A DNA stretch of 57,449 nucleotides, counting the filler, from Sluysia triapertura (Eukaryota), in the NCBI GenBank assembly GCA_046118255.1. It is 5 parts of 5 records of this genome, joined end to end, with 100 filler letters (N's around TTAATTAATTAA, not from the genome) between each part and the next. Parts side by side here need not be neighbours in the genome. Positions count along the whole stretch, not along the records: positions 1 to 11,194 come from JBJNIA010187634.1; positions 11,295 to 22,702 come from JBJNIA010185068.1; 3 more parts are not named here. One strand, 5' to 3'. Each line of letters starts with the position of its first letter. The stretch's first letter is position 1. The notes below the pieces were generated by a model. It saw nothing but the letters and a program-made list of their open reading frames with translations. It searched no databases and was not told the DNA's origin. This document shows positions 1 to 13,058 of the stretch, one piece after another. The translations under genes and the position numbers were made by a program.

Positions 1-158
1 TGTCTTGTTTCCTTAGAGATTTATTATTTTTTCACCATTGTCTTTATAATTTAATAATAAAAGTTATAAATGATTTATTGAGATTTTTTATCAAATTTTC
101 TATAATTTCCCCATTTTTCTTTATACTTCACAATTTTATTCTTAATAAGCATAATCAA

Positions 159-210
<52 letters not shown>

Positions 211-862
211 GCGATTGAATGAAGATATTACTTCTAATATCCTGTTCAAAATAAGTTTTTTGAAAAACATTCCAAGTTCACAATTTTTAAATAAAAAACT
301 AAGATTTAATTAGCAATGTCATAATTATTTTTTGTTTTTTTTTTGTTGTTATAATTTTAATTAAATTTTGAAGAAACTATTATAATCATTTTAATTGTTG
401 GTAAAATGTTAAATTCCAAAATTCATAAATCATACTTATACAATATTGTTATAATGATTTCTTGCGATTTATTAAATCATTTTCAAATACATTAATCATT
501 ATTAAAATATTATTAAAATATTATGCTAATTACATTCACGTTTTATAATAATTGTAATTATATTTATTATTATTATTATTGTTATTGTAATTATTATAAT
601 TTGCGAAAATTTATAGAGTATAGAAAATGAAACTATTAAAACTATTAAAATAAAATTTATTAATCTATTTATTCAAAATCGATTACATCACAATTTTCGT
701 TTTGTATTTAATATCGTCTAATTTGGATAACAAAATTGCCCAAAAATTTTGCAAAAATAATATATTTTTGATTTTGAAAATAATTCTAAAATAATAAGTC
801 ACAATTAATAATTAAATTTCAAAATATATGAATCATAAAAATAATTAAAACAAAAATATATC

Positions 863-912
<50 letters not shown>

Positions 913-2442
913 TTCAAATTTATAAAAAATAATACGAAATATGTTACATTGGTGCTATAAAAATAAAAAGCATTAATAAATACAAAATTAAGGGCAAATT
1001 TCTGTTGACATATTAATAGAAAGTAAACCCCAAGAAACCAATTTCATTAATAACCAAGAAATATTGAAAAAGAATAAATTCATCAAATAAATGTAATAAA
1101 AAATTTAGTAACAAAAAATATCATAATGAAGTTCAAGTTGAAATTTTTTTTAATTTTAATACGGCGCCAAATTTATGATTAAAATATTTTATAAATCAAA
1201 AAAAAATATAATATCAATTAAACAAACAAAATATGCACAAAATTATTAACATTATTCGCATTATTACATGTATTTAAAGATGGGGCAAAAGTAATTTTGA
1301 AAAAAATTAAATTGCAACTGTCATTTTAATATGCGATTTACTTGAAAATCGTACAGATTCTTCTTCTGTTTACAGTGTCAGTAGTTCAATTATGATTATG
1401 ATTATGATTATGATGATTATTATTATTATAAAAATAAATTATAACCTTATTTTTATTATATGACATTTTATTTTTAATTTTCGTTTTTTTTTCTATTTTA
1501 ATCATGTTTTCTTAATTGATTTATACAAAAATTTCATTGCTATATCTATAAAATAAAACATAGTAATGATTTAGTAATAAAAAATATTCTGGGTAATTTT
1601 GTAGAAAATTAAAATTAATTCCACTAGACATTTATGACATTTGTATTGCTTGAAAATGTCATAAGAATAATTAATATCAATTATTATATCATGTTCATTT
1701 TGTTGTTATTTTCAAAAAATGATTTTATAGAAATTAATTGTGTACACTAATATACAAAAAAATTAAATGTTGCACGTAAATGTGAAATAATTATTTATAA
1801 ATAAATATTATAATTCATTACTGCATGAATAAAAATGGTAATTGTGTTTATAATAAAAATAAATATAATTTAAAAAATTTTCTGTCGAATTTTTATTGAA
1901 ATTTTATTTTTTATTTTGTTTTATTAATTTAAACTTAATTAATTAAACTTATTGTTTAAGGTACTTTCCTTTTTTATTTAAGAAAACATTTAAGTATATA
2001 AATGAATAGATAAATTAATTGGTACTTTGTTTAATGTTATTGTTGTTCATGTTTCTATTTTAAAAACACTTACGCAATAATTAATAAAGAATATTTATAC
2101 TTATATTCTAATCGCTAAATACACTAAAATTATTGTAGAAAATTAATTCGATAAAACAAAATGAACTTTTCTAATTTGAATGTAAAGATTATTATATTAT
2201 ACATACTAAGATTTAAATACTTTTACAACATAACAGAGAGTTATATTTTTACGTTTAAAATATCAGAAACAATTCTAATGAAATACATAATTATTTAAGC
2301 ACAGATATCATAAAATTAAAATTTAAACTATTTAATTAGATTACTTTTTTTGAGTTATTTTCAGTTAACTTTTCTCTTAAACTGTTAAATATAAAACATT
2401 TATTTACTACTATAATATATATTCCATAAAAATTACATTTAA

Positions 2443-2962
2443 CTCTGTCGCAGCCAAATAGTTTTGCCAAATTCGGGTGAACCAGTGTATAGATTACTAA
2501 TGGCTAACATATTAAGCAGCACCTAGCGTATGATACACACATTTGTTCATCTCTTCAAGCAAAACATGCGCAAAGCATGACTCTGCGTCACGCCTAGACA
2601 TTGATTCAGATCAACAGCTTCGAGATTATTTCCGTTTTTGTTCAGTATGACCACATCAGCAGTAATAGAGTCATCATTGTCGGACAGTTCATAAATATCA
2701 TCATCATCAAATTCATCATTTTCTAACGGTTTTAGAACATCTGCTGACTTATACTTCCTGGTAGGCGTAGGCATGGCAAAATTTAAATTTCCAGAACTTA
2801 AACAAACAAAATAAACGCTAAAAAATATACTGTTTCTAACTTCCTTAACAACGCCTCCTGCATAAATTATGATATTTAAGTTGGAAACTTTGACATAGGA
2901 AGAGAGAAGGATCATTGATTTTCTGAATGTGGTCGTTTTCGACCGCAATGGCTGCGATAGAG
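2443..2962 (-). mobile_element. Non-autonomous piggyBac-like element (internal deletion derivative, 520 bp)
   Basis: TTAA at 2439-2442 and 2963-2966 flanks 14-bp TIRs CTCTGTCGCAGCCA / TGGCTGCGATAGAG (1 mismatch). The internal minus-strand ORF has an acidic stretch (MPTPTRKYKSADVLKPLENDEFDDDDIYELSD) typical of piggyBac transposase N-termini; no catalytic core. Confidence 0.85.
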
Positions 2963-3086
2963 TTAAAGATTTAGTATTAAATAATTAAATAATTAAATAA
3001 TTTGTTATATTAAATTAAACTTTTAATTATATTTTACCGTGATTTTAAGAAATGTATTAGTCATTTTTTTAAATGAATGTAATACG

Positions 3087-3138
<52 letters not shown>

Positions 3139-4849
3139 TAATAATAGGAATAATAATAATTATAATAAATGCATATTAAAATGTTACATTTATTTTAAAA
3201 AACTAATCAAAATGCCATAGATTTGTTGTTATAGTTACTTTTTCATATTAATGTTTATTTGCTTTAAGGGATAAAAGACAATTTTTAAATATTAAAATTA
3301 AGTTATTTCAATGTTATTATTATTATTATTATATAAAAATAAGAAATCTTTGATTTTATCTAAAAAATAACGACAAAAAATAACAAAAAAATGTGATTTT
3401 ACTTTAAATAAAAGTTTCACGTGGTTTAATATACTTTATCCTACAAGAAAAAAATATAAAAAGCATTAATAATCTGATTAAGAAAATAATTTTCAAATTA
3501 AAAAAGAAGATGGTATTTTAAACTAGAACAACATTGAATAAAAAATATATTTTCAAAACAAAAACAATGTTTCTTTATGCAGTTTAATTTTTGCTCTATT
3601 TTATTTAATTTTATTAATTAAATAAAAATTTATCGATTAAATCGATAAATGAAATTTATTTTTTTTGTTATCTTAAAACATGTCAAATTAGTTGAATTAT
3701 TTTTTAATAAAAAAAATTATTATTAAAATTTCTATTTGATTAAATTGGCGGCTTCATAATAAAGTGTGCTTTTTAAAAATGGAAGGTGACAGTGATGTTA
3801 AAATTTTTGACATTTTTTGATTAAAATATTATAATAACAAAATTTATTCGTTTTTTTTGAATAGGAAAATTAATTTTTTCTATAATAATTGTAATAATAA
3901 TAATAATAATTTTAATTATATTTTTATTTGTTAATCATTAAATTATTTAATTTTTCTTTTATATTTGATTAGTTAAATGAAAGCCAAAAAAGTGCATTAC
4001 AATTTGTTATAAAATTTTTATTTATTTCAACGTATTAGTTTAGTAAAATTTTTAATTTATTTAAAAATTATTTGTAATATGATAATTTTCTGATAATAAA
4101 CCCAATTTAAAATAATTTTAGATCAAATAATTTATTTATTAAAACAAAATTAAAATTATTTAATTATTTTTTTATCTTTAAATCATAACAATAAATTAAA
4201 GGTTTTAAAATATATACTTTTTAACAAATATCGATTTTTATACATATTTATTAAAAAATTTAAAATATTATTTGTCCAGTCTTTGGGAGTGATAATAATT
4301 TATTAATTTAATGCAATAAAAAATAATAAATTTGTCAGTAAAATTTGTAATATCATTTTTGACAACAAATATTGTATTTTTCTGCTATCTTGCTAAGACA
4401 TCAAGTAAAAATGAAGTAGTTAAAAGATGTAAGTATATTTTAGGACTGTTAAATGGTTTTGATAACTTATCATGAAAATCTTTCGAACTCATAATCCGAA
4501 ATGATTCGTTTTTTTCATTCTTGCACTTTTACACTTTTCATTTTATTTTTATGTCAAATAAAGCCGCATATTTATAATTCTATTTTATTTTTTAATTTTA
4601 ACATTTCATTTTTTTACTTTTCATAATTTCAAATAGTATTATTATTTTGGTGTTTTATTCGGATAAATATCGTTAATGAATTTTTGTTTATGTAATGAAT
4701 CGGTGTAAATTTTTTTTATAAAAAAACAATGCGTTTGAAGATTACGCATTAATTCATCTACGAAAAGTACTGATTTTTGTAACGAATTCGCAGTTTAAAT
4801 TGTAGTTTAAGTATCGATATTAATATTGATAATTCACATGTATGGTTTA

Positions 4850-5350
4850 GCACGCCACATAAACGCTATATAAAATTCATCCTTCTTTTAATTATTCTAT
4901 GGCTATAATAATCACAAAATTGTTTATCTATCATAATGCGCAATTTTATTTCTTAATTATCATTATCCAATCATAAAAAATCTAAAAGATTGTATATTTT
5001 AGGTGTTTTTCTATTATTTATAAATATTAAACATAAATAAAAATCACAAAATCATTAAATAACATTAATTACTAAAGAATAATTCCTCTCAAACCCTTCA
5101 CATTTACTTTTTAAAACTTTCAAAACTTTACTCTTATTTGGTCACTATTTGCATAATCTTTATTAGCGCTAACATCTACCATAAAATAAATATTCAAAAT
5201 CTATAACGCTAATATAAACAATAAAATAAATTTATTTTTCCTATTTTTATAATATAATTATCATTATGCTTTTTTATTGTATTATTGCTGTGATTTTCTT
5301 AATTCTTAACCTACATCAGAATAAAACGACTTAAGACGTTCATGTAACCG
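4850..5350 (+). repeat. Degenerate plus-strand copy of the unclassified hairpin-terminated repeat family
   Basis: CGCCACAT...ATAAAATTCATC (4853-4881) resembles CGCCACATTATAAAATCATC near 24135; TAAGACGTTCATGTAACCG (5332-5350) resembles TAGACGTTTATCGTAACCG (24686-24704). Boundaries approximate. Confidence 0.4.
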
Positions 5351-5899
5351 CTAAAATTAACATTTATATAAATGTAAAAATACCTTATTTTACTTTTGAT
5401 GGTCTACTTTGTCTTATTAATTAATGATAATTCAATTTTATTCCAATAAGATTTAACTCGTATGACTTTATTATTAACAATCAAGATTTAAGCTTTTCTT
5501 GAATTTATATAAGAATTATAGTAAGACAGATAAGTAAAATGAATTTTAAAATTAAAACCTGTTTAGGTCTCTAATTTTCTATAATTATAATATGCTTTAA
5601 AATTATTTTAGTCCTCATTAAATCGGAAAACAAAATATAAAAACTGAACTTTATCTACACTTTACGAAGTTAACTCCCAGATGACTTACAAAAAAATTTC
5701 ATGGAATTAATAAATCGGAGAGAAAATGAAGTGGTCGGTAGTAATATTGGTGGTAAAATATTCTCCACGCTGTTAATTGGAAAAAAGAAAAATTTTTTAA
5801 CCAAAGTAAATAGTTAAACTAATGGCGACAATTCAAATGATAAATTTTTCACTGCTAAAAATTGTGAAACTAAATCGGATCCATAAAAATTTGTATTAT

Positions 5900-6008
5900 G
5901 AAATTGTGTAACGAAATTAGAAGTGACTGAATTTTCTCGAAAATTATAGTAGTAGAAATGACAAGTGACGATTTTAGATGATTTGAGAGGGTTGTGATGA
6001 CAACCTAA
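5900..6008 (-). repeat. Terminal fragment of the hairpin-terminated repeat family
   Basis: GGTTGTGATGACAACCTAA at 5990-6008; CTGAATTTTCTCGAAAATTATAG resembles CTGAATTTTCCAGAACATTCTAG at 19671-19693. Directly followed by an (ATT)n run. Confidence 0.6.

Positions 6009-6009
<1 letters not shown>

Positions 6010-6074
<65 letters not shown>
6010..6074. repeat. (ATT)n microsatellite, representative of many
   Basis: Pure ATT run. Similar (AAT/ATT)n tracts at about 161-210, 863-912, 3088-3146, 8297-8350, 11546-11600, 22803-22897, 25514-25560, 34441-34516, 44748-44835, 47405-47453, 53943-54020 and 56930-56981. Confidence 0.95.
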
Positions 6075-6076
<2 letters not shown>

Positions 6077-8295
6077 GTAGTATGAAATTTTATTATGATA
6101 ATGATTATAATGACAGTCGCTGTTTAATATAATTTATATGCATTTTAAAAAATAATATTAAAATAAATTTTTTTGATTTTTAAAAAACAAAGAGGTCATA
6201 AATATCTTATAAAAGCTCATGGAAGATCGATGTGAGAAAGTGTATTTGTATAAGGTCATACTTCCAAATGTACAATATCAAGTTAGAAGCGCTAAGATGC
6301 ATAAAAATAAAAATAATTGTGAATTAAATTACATTATCCCTCTAAAAGCAACATTGTTTTCATACACAGAAGACGATATGATTTTAGATCTGAAATAGAC
6401 AGACTATGCTCACGTTATGTTGGATGATGACCATCACCTAAGGTGGGTCAAGCTGCAAGTATCTTTGAATACAGAGTCAAAGTATTTAATGATATTGGAC
6501 ATAATGAAAACAATCAAAATTGCAAAAGATTCTTATCTTGATTTTTATGAGTACAAATATGAATTATTATATATGGATTCCAAACATTGGAAATGTTTAC
6601 TCATATGCACAAATGACTTAGATTTATATATTTTAAAAATTATAACATCTTCGCCATTACAGGATGTTAACCTTTCTGACGAATTAATTGGAAATAACAA
6701 ATTGGAATTATTGTCAAATTATTCATCAAATTATTCAAATTAAATCATTGTGTCAATTTAAAAGCTTCATTAAATATGTTTGCAAGATAAACGAAAAAAA
6801 GGTTCATGAAATAAATTAATGCCAACTTGAAAATGGATCATGTTGATTTGTTATTTGATGTATTGGTTTTCTTATGTGTTTGAAATAAGTTGAAATCTGA
6901 GCATCACTATTAACAAAAATATATTGATGGAAAATATGTGCGAGTTCCAGAAAACTTGGTGAATATCGTGAAACATTTTTCTTACTATATGTAATTATAA
7001 TTTGATTAATTAATTAATTTATTTAAATACTTAACAAAAAATAATTTAAACTGGCTTTTGCAAAATCAATTCATTTATTTAATTAATACATTAATATATT
7101 TAAAATAATTTTTTGCTTATACATTTTGTATTGCTATAAAAGTGGTTTTTGATAAAACTTAATTTCTATTTTATCTTATGTTTAACTATAGTCTCATTGT
7201 TGTTTTAATATATTTTAAAGCAAATTATTAAAAGATTTATTTTTAATAAAACTAAAATTTAAATCATATTTTATTTGTTTGTTTTAATTGTAACTTAATA
7301 CAATTAAAATACATCAATATAGCGCCAATAGATCTCATTTCATCACTTGCTTCAATGATTATGTACTTGGAATTATTTTTGAATTGAAATTATGTACATA
7401 ATTATTTTGCTACAAATTTCTACAACACACAAATCTCACTTTTTTAAAATTACTTTAAATTTTCTTTTATTTTAGTAATAACAATAATCATTTATTTAAT
7501 ATAGTCATTATTTTTAATATTATATTATTTTGGTGATTTTGTCGGCATTGTAAAGTGTAAATAATTGATGTAGTACCTAGTACATGGAGTATAGGATTGA
7601 AATTTAATAATTAATCTTTCATCTTTATCTTAAAACAAAATATTCTTATTTATTATTATTTTACTCTTCTATTACTATATATTTCTTTCTGTTAATATTA
7701 TCTTTCTGTTTTCATTTCTATTATACACCAAATGTTTCATATATTTTCAACTTCTCCCCTTATCATTAAGTAACATGCTATTTATTTTATTTAGTGTTAT
7801 TATTATTATCACTATTATTATTATTATTCGGGTAACAAAAATTAGAATTGGAGAAGTGTTTTATTTGCTACATTCGACTTTGATTCGCTTAAAATTTAAT
7901 TTTTGGCGCTTTACAATTAAAATTCGATTTTAATTTAATAATAAGAGTAATAATAGTAATAATAATAATGATAATAATAATATCATTGTCCGGCCACATC
8001 AACATTATTAGAATAGTATTATAAGACTATTATTTAATCCTATCATATTATACAAATGAAGAAAAATAAAGAGCTGTAACTTATAAATAATTCAGCATCA
8101 GATTTTTTTTGTTATTTTCATCAACACAGATAGTTTACCGGGTTTTATTGTAAAGATTAATTTTTTCTGTTTATTTATTATTTAATGTTGTAAAGAAATT
8201 TTTCAAATTAATTATTTAAATGACAACTATCATTTTAAATAAAAACAATTATCTGAAATGCATTTGTTTTATTTAGCTTTCTTGTTTTATTTAAT

Positions 8296-8340
<45 letters not shown>

Positions 8341-8969
8341 TAATAATAAAAATGATAATTAACAAGTTAAGATTGAAAATTTATTTATAATTTAATTTAT
8401 TTTAAATTTAATTATAATAGTACTTTTTAAAATTTTCATTTTTGAATAATATTTATATTGTGAAAAAGTTTGAATTAAACTATACGTTTTAGAAATGTCA
8501 TTATGGCAGATATTTATTAAAACATTTTATATTTATTTAAAACATTAAAAGTAAATAAAAAGAATAATAAAATTTTCATCATTAATTGAAGCACATATTC
8601 TAAAGTGTATACAAACATGCTTATTTGTATTTGTATTCATACTAATAAATATTATTACGATTATCATTATTATTTAATTAGTCAATTCTGAATCTTTTAT
8701 TGTTTTATAATTTTTATTATTTTTTTTTACAATTTTATAAATTTAAGATATATTAAATATAAAAATAAACATTGTAAATCAATAGACATTCGATTTTAAT
8801 TTTCTTTTTAAGAAATGTTGTAAATCTTTTAGAGATTATAGAGTTAAAGTACTAAATTTAATTTTTCAATATGTAACAATGTATTTGTAGCAATAATAAT
8901 TTATAATTTAAATATTTGTAAAATTCATAAAATAAAACAATTTTTTATATTAAGATTAATAATTAATAA

Positions 8970-9770
8970 TTAATGTTTGTATAAATTCAAGAAATTCTTA
9001 CCGTTATTTAAACACATATCGACCAAAGTATTTTGTAAGAAACTTGGCAGTGTGAATTGATTTCTAATATTATTATTTGAATTGGTTTTCAAATCGCTTT
9101 TAAAAATTTCTTCATCATCATCGTCATCTTCTTCATCATCTTCATTATTATTATTATCGTTGTTATTTTCATCATCATCGTCGTCGTCATCGTCATCGTC
9201 AGCATCATCATCATTATCATTATCATCATCTTCATCATCTGTAAAACAACTTTTTAACCGTTTAGCTACATCATTATCATCATCTTCATCAACATCTTCA
9301 TCTTCATCTTCTTCTTCATCATCATAATTAAGAGAAAAATTTCTATTTACAGTTAATTTTCGTAAATCTAAAGGTCTATTGTCATCAATTGAACAATTCA
9401 TATTTACAATTTCTTCATTTTCTTTAAATTTATCATCAGAATCTTTTTCTGTTTCATTACTTTTATTATTATTGTTGTTGTTATCGTCTAATAGCTGATA
9501 ATTACGCAAAATATTTTTCGGACTATTCGGTTTTCGTTTACGTTTTCTAATTAAAGATTTATAATCAAAATTAATTTCATTATGATCACTGGAACTGTTA
9601 CTAAATATGTTTTTATTGACACTGTTATTTTGATAATTATCAATAAATTGGGGATTTTGTTGAACTATAGGTGATGGTGGTTTGTTTGACGTTTGTAACT
9701 TAGCACAAATTGCTTCCACTTCTGACATTGCTTTAACAGAATCACAATCGAATTGTTCTAAATAAATCAT
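8970..9770 (-). CDS. Uncharacterised acidic/Asn-rich protein (terminal or single coding exon); probable nuclear corepressor-binding protein
   Basis: 266-codon ORF in AT-rich DNA; AG acceptors just upstream (9778-9777 or 9772-9771) and a strong minus-strand donor CAG|GTAAGA near 10730. Contains a helical-looking N-terminus, RKRKRK (NLS-like), PLDLR (CtBP-binding PxDLS-like) and long Asp/Glu tracts. Family not recognised. Confidence 0.7.
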   Translation of the reverse strand: MIYLEQFDCDSVKAMSEVEAICAKLQTSNKPPSPIVQQNPQFIDNYQNNSVNKNIFSNSSSDHNEINFDYKSLIRKRKRKPNSPKNILRNYQLLDDNNNNNNKSNETEKDSDDKFKENEEIVNMNCSIDDNRPLDLRKLTVNRNFSLNYDDEEEDEDEDVDEDDDNDVAKRLKSCFTDDEDDDNDNDDDADDDDDDDDDDENNNDNNNNEDDEEDDDDDEEIFKSDLKTNSNNNIRNQFTLPSFLQNTLVDMCLNNGKNFLNLYKH

Positions 9771-10081
9771 CTTTTTCTTTAAAAACGATCAATCAAAATT
9801 ATATTTATATATATATAGATATATAGATATAAATTTTATTTTTAAAATCTAAAGCAATTTTTATTGGTATTTATACGTAATTTTTCTAATCATAGCCAGC
9901 ATTTCAAAAAAACAAAAAGTTCACATACATCATTGTATTGAAATATACTTTAATAAGATTAATAATGTAAAATTTAACAAAAAATTTGGTTGGTTTTTAT
10001 TTATTTAATTTTTCTTTCCTTCTTTGAATTATATATATAATATATTAATAATGACTATTATTATTATCGTTATTATTATTA

Positions 10082-10113
<32 letters not shown>

Positions 10114-11194
10114 TAGACAAGCTAACAAACAAAATTTATAAAAGATAAGAGACCACAAACTACAAAAAAAGCAATTGAAATAGAGTACAGCAGGATCTCA
10201 TAATAATAAAGCACAGAAACAGCAAAAAAACAAAGAAATCGTTCTTTTTTTATTAGTTCAGCTAATCAATTGTTTTCTATTATTTAATAAATTGATACTA
10301 TTGGATAAAAGAAATAATATTGGCGATTTAAAAAAATATAATTCTTTTCTTTTCTACTTCATTAGTTTCTTCATTGTAACAAATATTAATACAAATTCAA
10401 TTAAACACCGACAGTGGAAACAGATATTAATATATAACATGTTTTAACTTAAAAATCATATTGGGCCATTGACGCCAATAAGACTGGGAATATATTTCAT
10501 TATAGAACAATTGCAGATGTTAAAATTAGAATATAAGTTATCATAACTAATTTCAATCTAATGTTGGAAATTTTAATATTAAGCAGCTGCAGAACTTAAT
10601 TTTTAACAATTAAAAAAATATATTGTTAAAAAATATTCACCTTATTATTAAATATTTTAATAATTTTAAAAAATAATTTCATAAAAACAAAGCAAAATTA
10701 ACTTACTTTTGTTAATAATTAACATCTTACCTGTTTTTATTGTTAAAATATTGAATATACAAATATATTTTACGATTTAATTTTTCTAAAATGCCACAAA
10801 AATATGTTTTATATTATTAGTCATCATCATTTTCTAAGTTATACAAATAATATGTGCATATTTGTAACCAAACAAACAAAAAACACATTAAAAAGCAAAC
10901 GAATTATAATTTTAATGAAAATTATTGAGAAATTTCACCAAAGTAAATTAATATTTCATAAATATATGTTGTGCTATTAAATATAATAATAAAATAAATC
11001 GCTGTGCATCTTTATGTATCATCCGTGCTTTCTTCAGTAACAAAGATAATAAGAGAGATGGTGATGTAGTTATTATTATTATTATTTTGATTATGTTTAA
11101 CATATATCAACAACACATACATGCTTTATTTATTTGTAAAAACATTCATAACTATGAATATAATTATAAAAATTTATTATTCATATATATATAT

Positions 11195-11294
11195 NNNNNN
11201 NNNNNNNNNNNNNNNNNNNNNNNNNNNNNNNNNNNNNNTTAATTAATTAANNNNNNNNNNNNNNNNNNNNNNNNNNNNNNNNNNNNNNNNNNNN
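11195..11294. other. Artificial contig-joining spacer N44-TTAATTAATTAA-N44
   Basis: Exactly 100 nt; core at 11239-11250 places stop codons in all six frames; identical to three other spacers. Confidence 0.97.
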
Positions 11295-11563
11295 GGCATT
11301 AAGCCCTTTTTGTTAATATTTAAATTTGTTAATTATTTCAATTTAAAGTTTTTTAAATTTTATAAAAACAAAAAAAATAAAACTAATAATAATAATCAAA
11401 AAAGTAAAATACTTCCCACAGCTCTTCACACCGATTATAAATAAAGCAAAAGATATTAAAATATTCAATTGGTTACAAGTATTTGAATATTCATATTTTC
11501 GAATTAGCCCCAAAACTGTAAATTAGCAGATATAAGAACAATAAATATTATTATTATTATTAC

Positions 11564-11600
<37 letters not shown>

Positions 11601-12275
11601 TCTTTATTAATAAAATTACATTTATTTATTTAATTTTCGCTTTATATTTTAATACAATATTAATAAACATAATTAATATTAAATTTCTGTTATTTTGAGG
11701 AGTAGTAATACATTTTCTCTGGTGTCATTAGTAAAAAATGCTTCTGTACAAGGAAAATAAAAAATATTTAAAAATAGCAAAATAAATACTAACAACATAA
11801 ATAATAAATATTATTGCAAAATTTTAATTATAATTTATAAATTAAATAATAATTTTACGTCATGTATCGTTAATTTTTAAAATTAAATTATTACATTAAA
11901 TTATTTTATTCTATATAAATAGTTTTAATAATAATGTCAATATCGATATTTATAATATTTTAAATAATTTTCTATAAATAACTATAATATCAAGCACATA
12001 CATACCATATAGTGAAATGAGTATCTGTCATACCATTTATTCATGCCTTGCATTCTAAATAATTATAAGAATATGTGTTCATTTATCATCTGTGAAATAA
12101 ATATCATCTGTAAATAAATATTAAGTAAATATCTAATGAAAAATGTGTATATTTATAATATTTTTAAAATTTTGTTTAAAATATAAATTTTGTATGTCAA
12201 GGTCACATAAAAGTAACTATAAATACGCACTACTTTCATCATTAATAACATAATTAAACACAATAGAAAAAATTA

Positions 12276-13058
12276 CTGAGTCGGCTCTAATTAAAGTGGA
12301 TATTTCCAATTATATATATTGGAACCCGACAATTTTAGTGGACACTTTCAATTTTATTTATTAAAACCAGACAGCTTTATTGGAAATTTTCAATTCTATT
12401 TATTGGAACCTTTATTATATCGTTATTTTTTTCAGTAAGTTTTAAGCAAGCATTTAAAAGGCTTGCTAAGTAAAATAGACAAATTATTTTGTAATATATT
12501 TGCTATCTTTTAAATTGATAGCAGGAATAAAATTTGGTTTTTTAAAATTTTACATTATAAAAGATTTCCTATTTTAAGGAAAATCTGATAAAATTCTTAT
12601 TGTGTATCTATATTTCATCTTTTATTTTATATTTATTTTCTGCTTCGATTTATGATTTATTAATAAAGCTTCATTTAATTAATTATGTTGTAACTTTTAA
12701 GAATCTAAATTTTATCATAGATTTTCATGGTTCTATTTAATTAAAGAACCATATTTAAAGAACTATTTTAATTAAAGTAAAATAGTCATTTTATTGATTC
12801 CATTTAAAAGGAATCAGAACAAAATTTTAGGACATTATCAGTTCTATTTAGTATACAATCTAAGTAAAATAAATTCAAAAAATCATAATTAAAATCATTA
12901 AAATTCTTTTGAAATTCTAAAGATTCTGATTCTATTTAATTAAAGAACCAAAGTAAAATATTAAATATAAATACGTTCTCTTTTCTAAGAACCTCAGCAA
13001 AAGTTCATCTGATTTAGAACGTTTGGTTCCATTTAATAAGAAACGAGACTAAACTCAG
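12276..13058. mobile_element. Degenerate foldback/MITE-like element with subterminal repeats
   Basis: Left end CTGAGTCGGCTCTAATTAAAGTGGA versus reverse complement of right end CTGAGTTTAGTCTCGTTTCTTATTAAATGGAA. TATTGGAA repeats on the left; hairpin unit GGTTCTATTTAATTAAAGAACC at 12729-12750 and a near copy at 12928-12949. Confidence 0.4.

Noticed and set aside
6417-6743. 108-aa ORF
   Set aside because: No recognisable domain or splice signals and flanked by stop-interrupted coding-like sequence; not supportable as a gene.
9082-9327. Poly-Ser ORF on the plus strand
   Set aside because: Antisense shadow of the GAT/GAA acidic tract of the minus-strand ORF.
11239-11250. TTAATTAATTAA palindrome recurring every ~11.5 kb
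   Set aside because: Synthetic linker centred in exactly 44+44 Ns, not biological periodicity or a piggyBac site.
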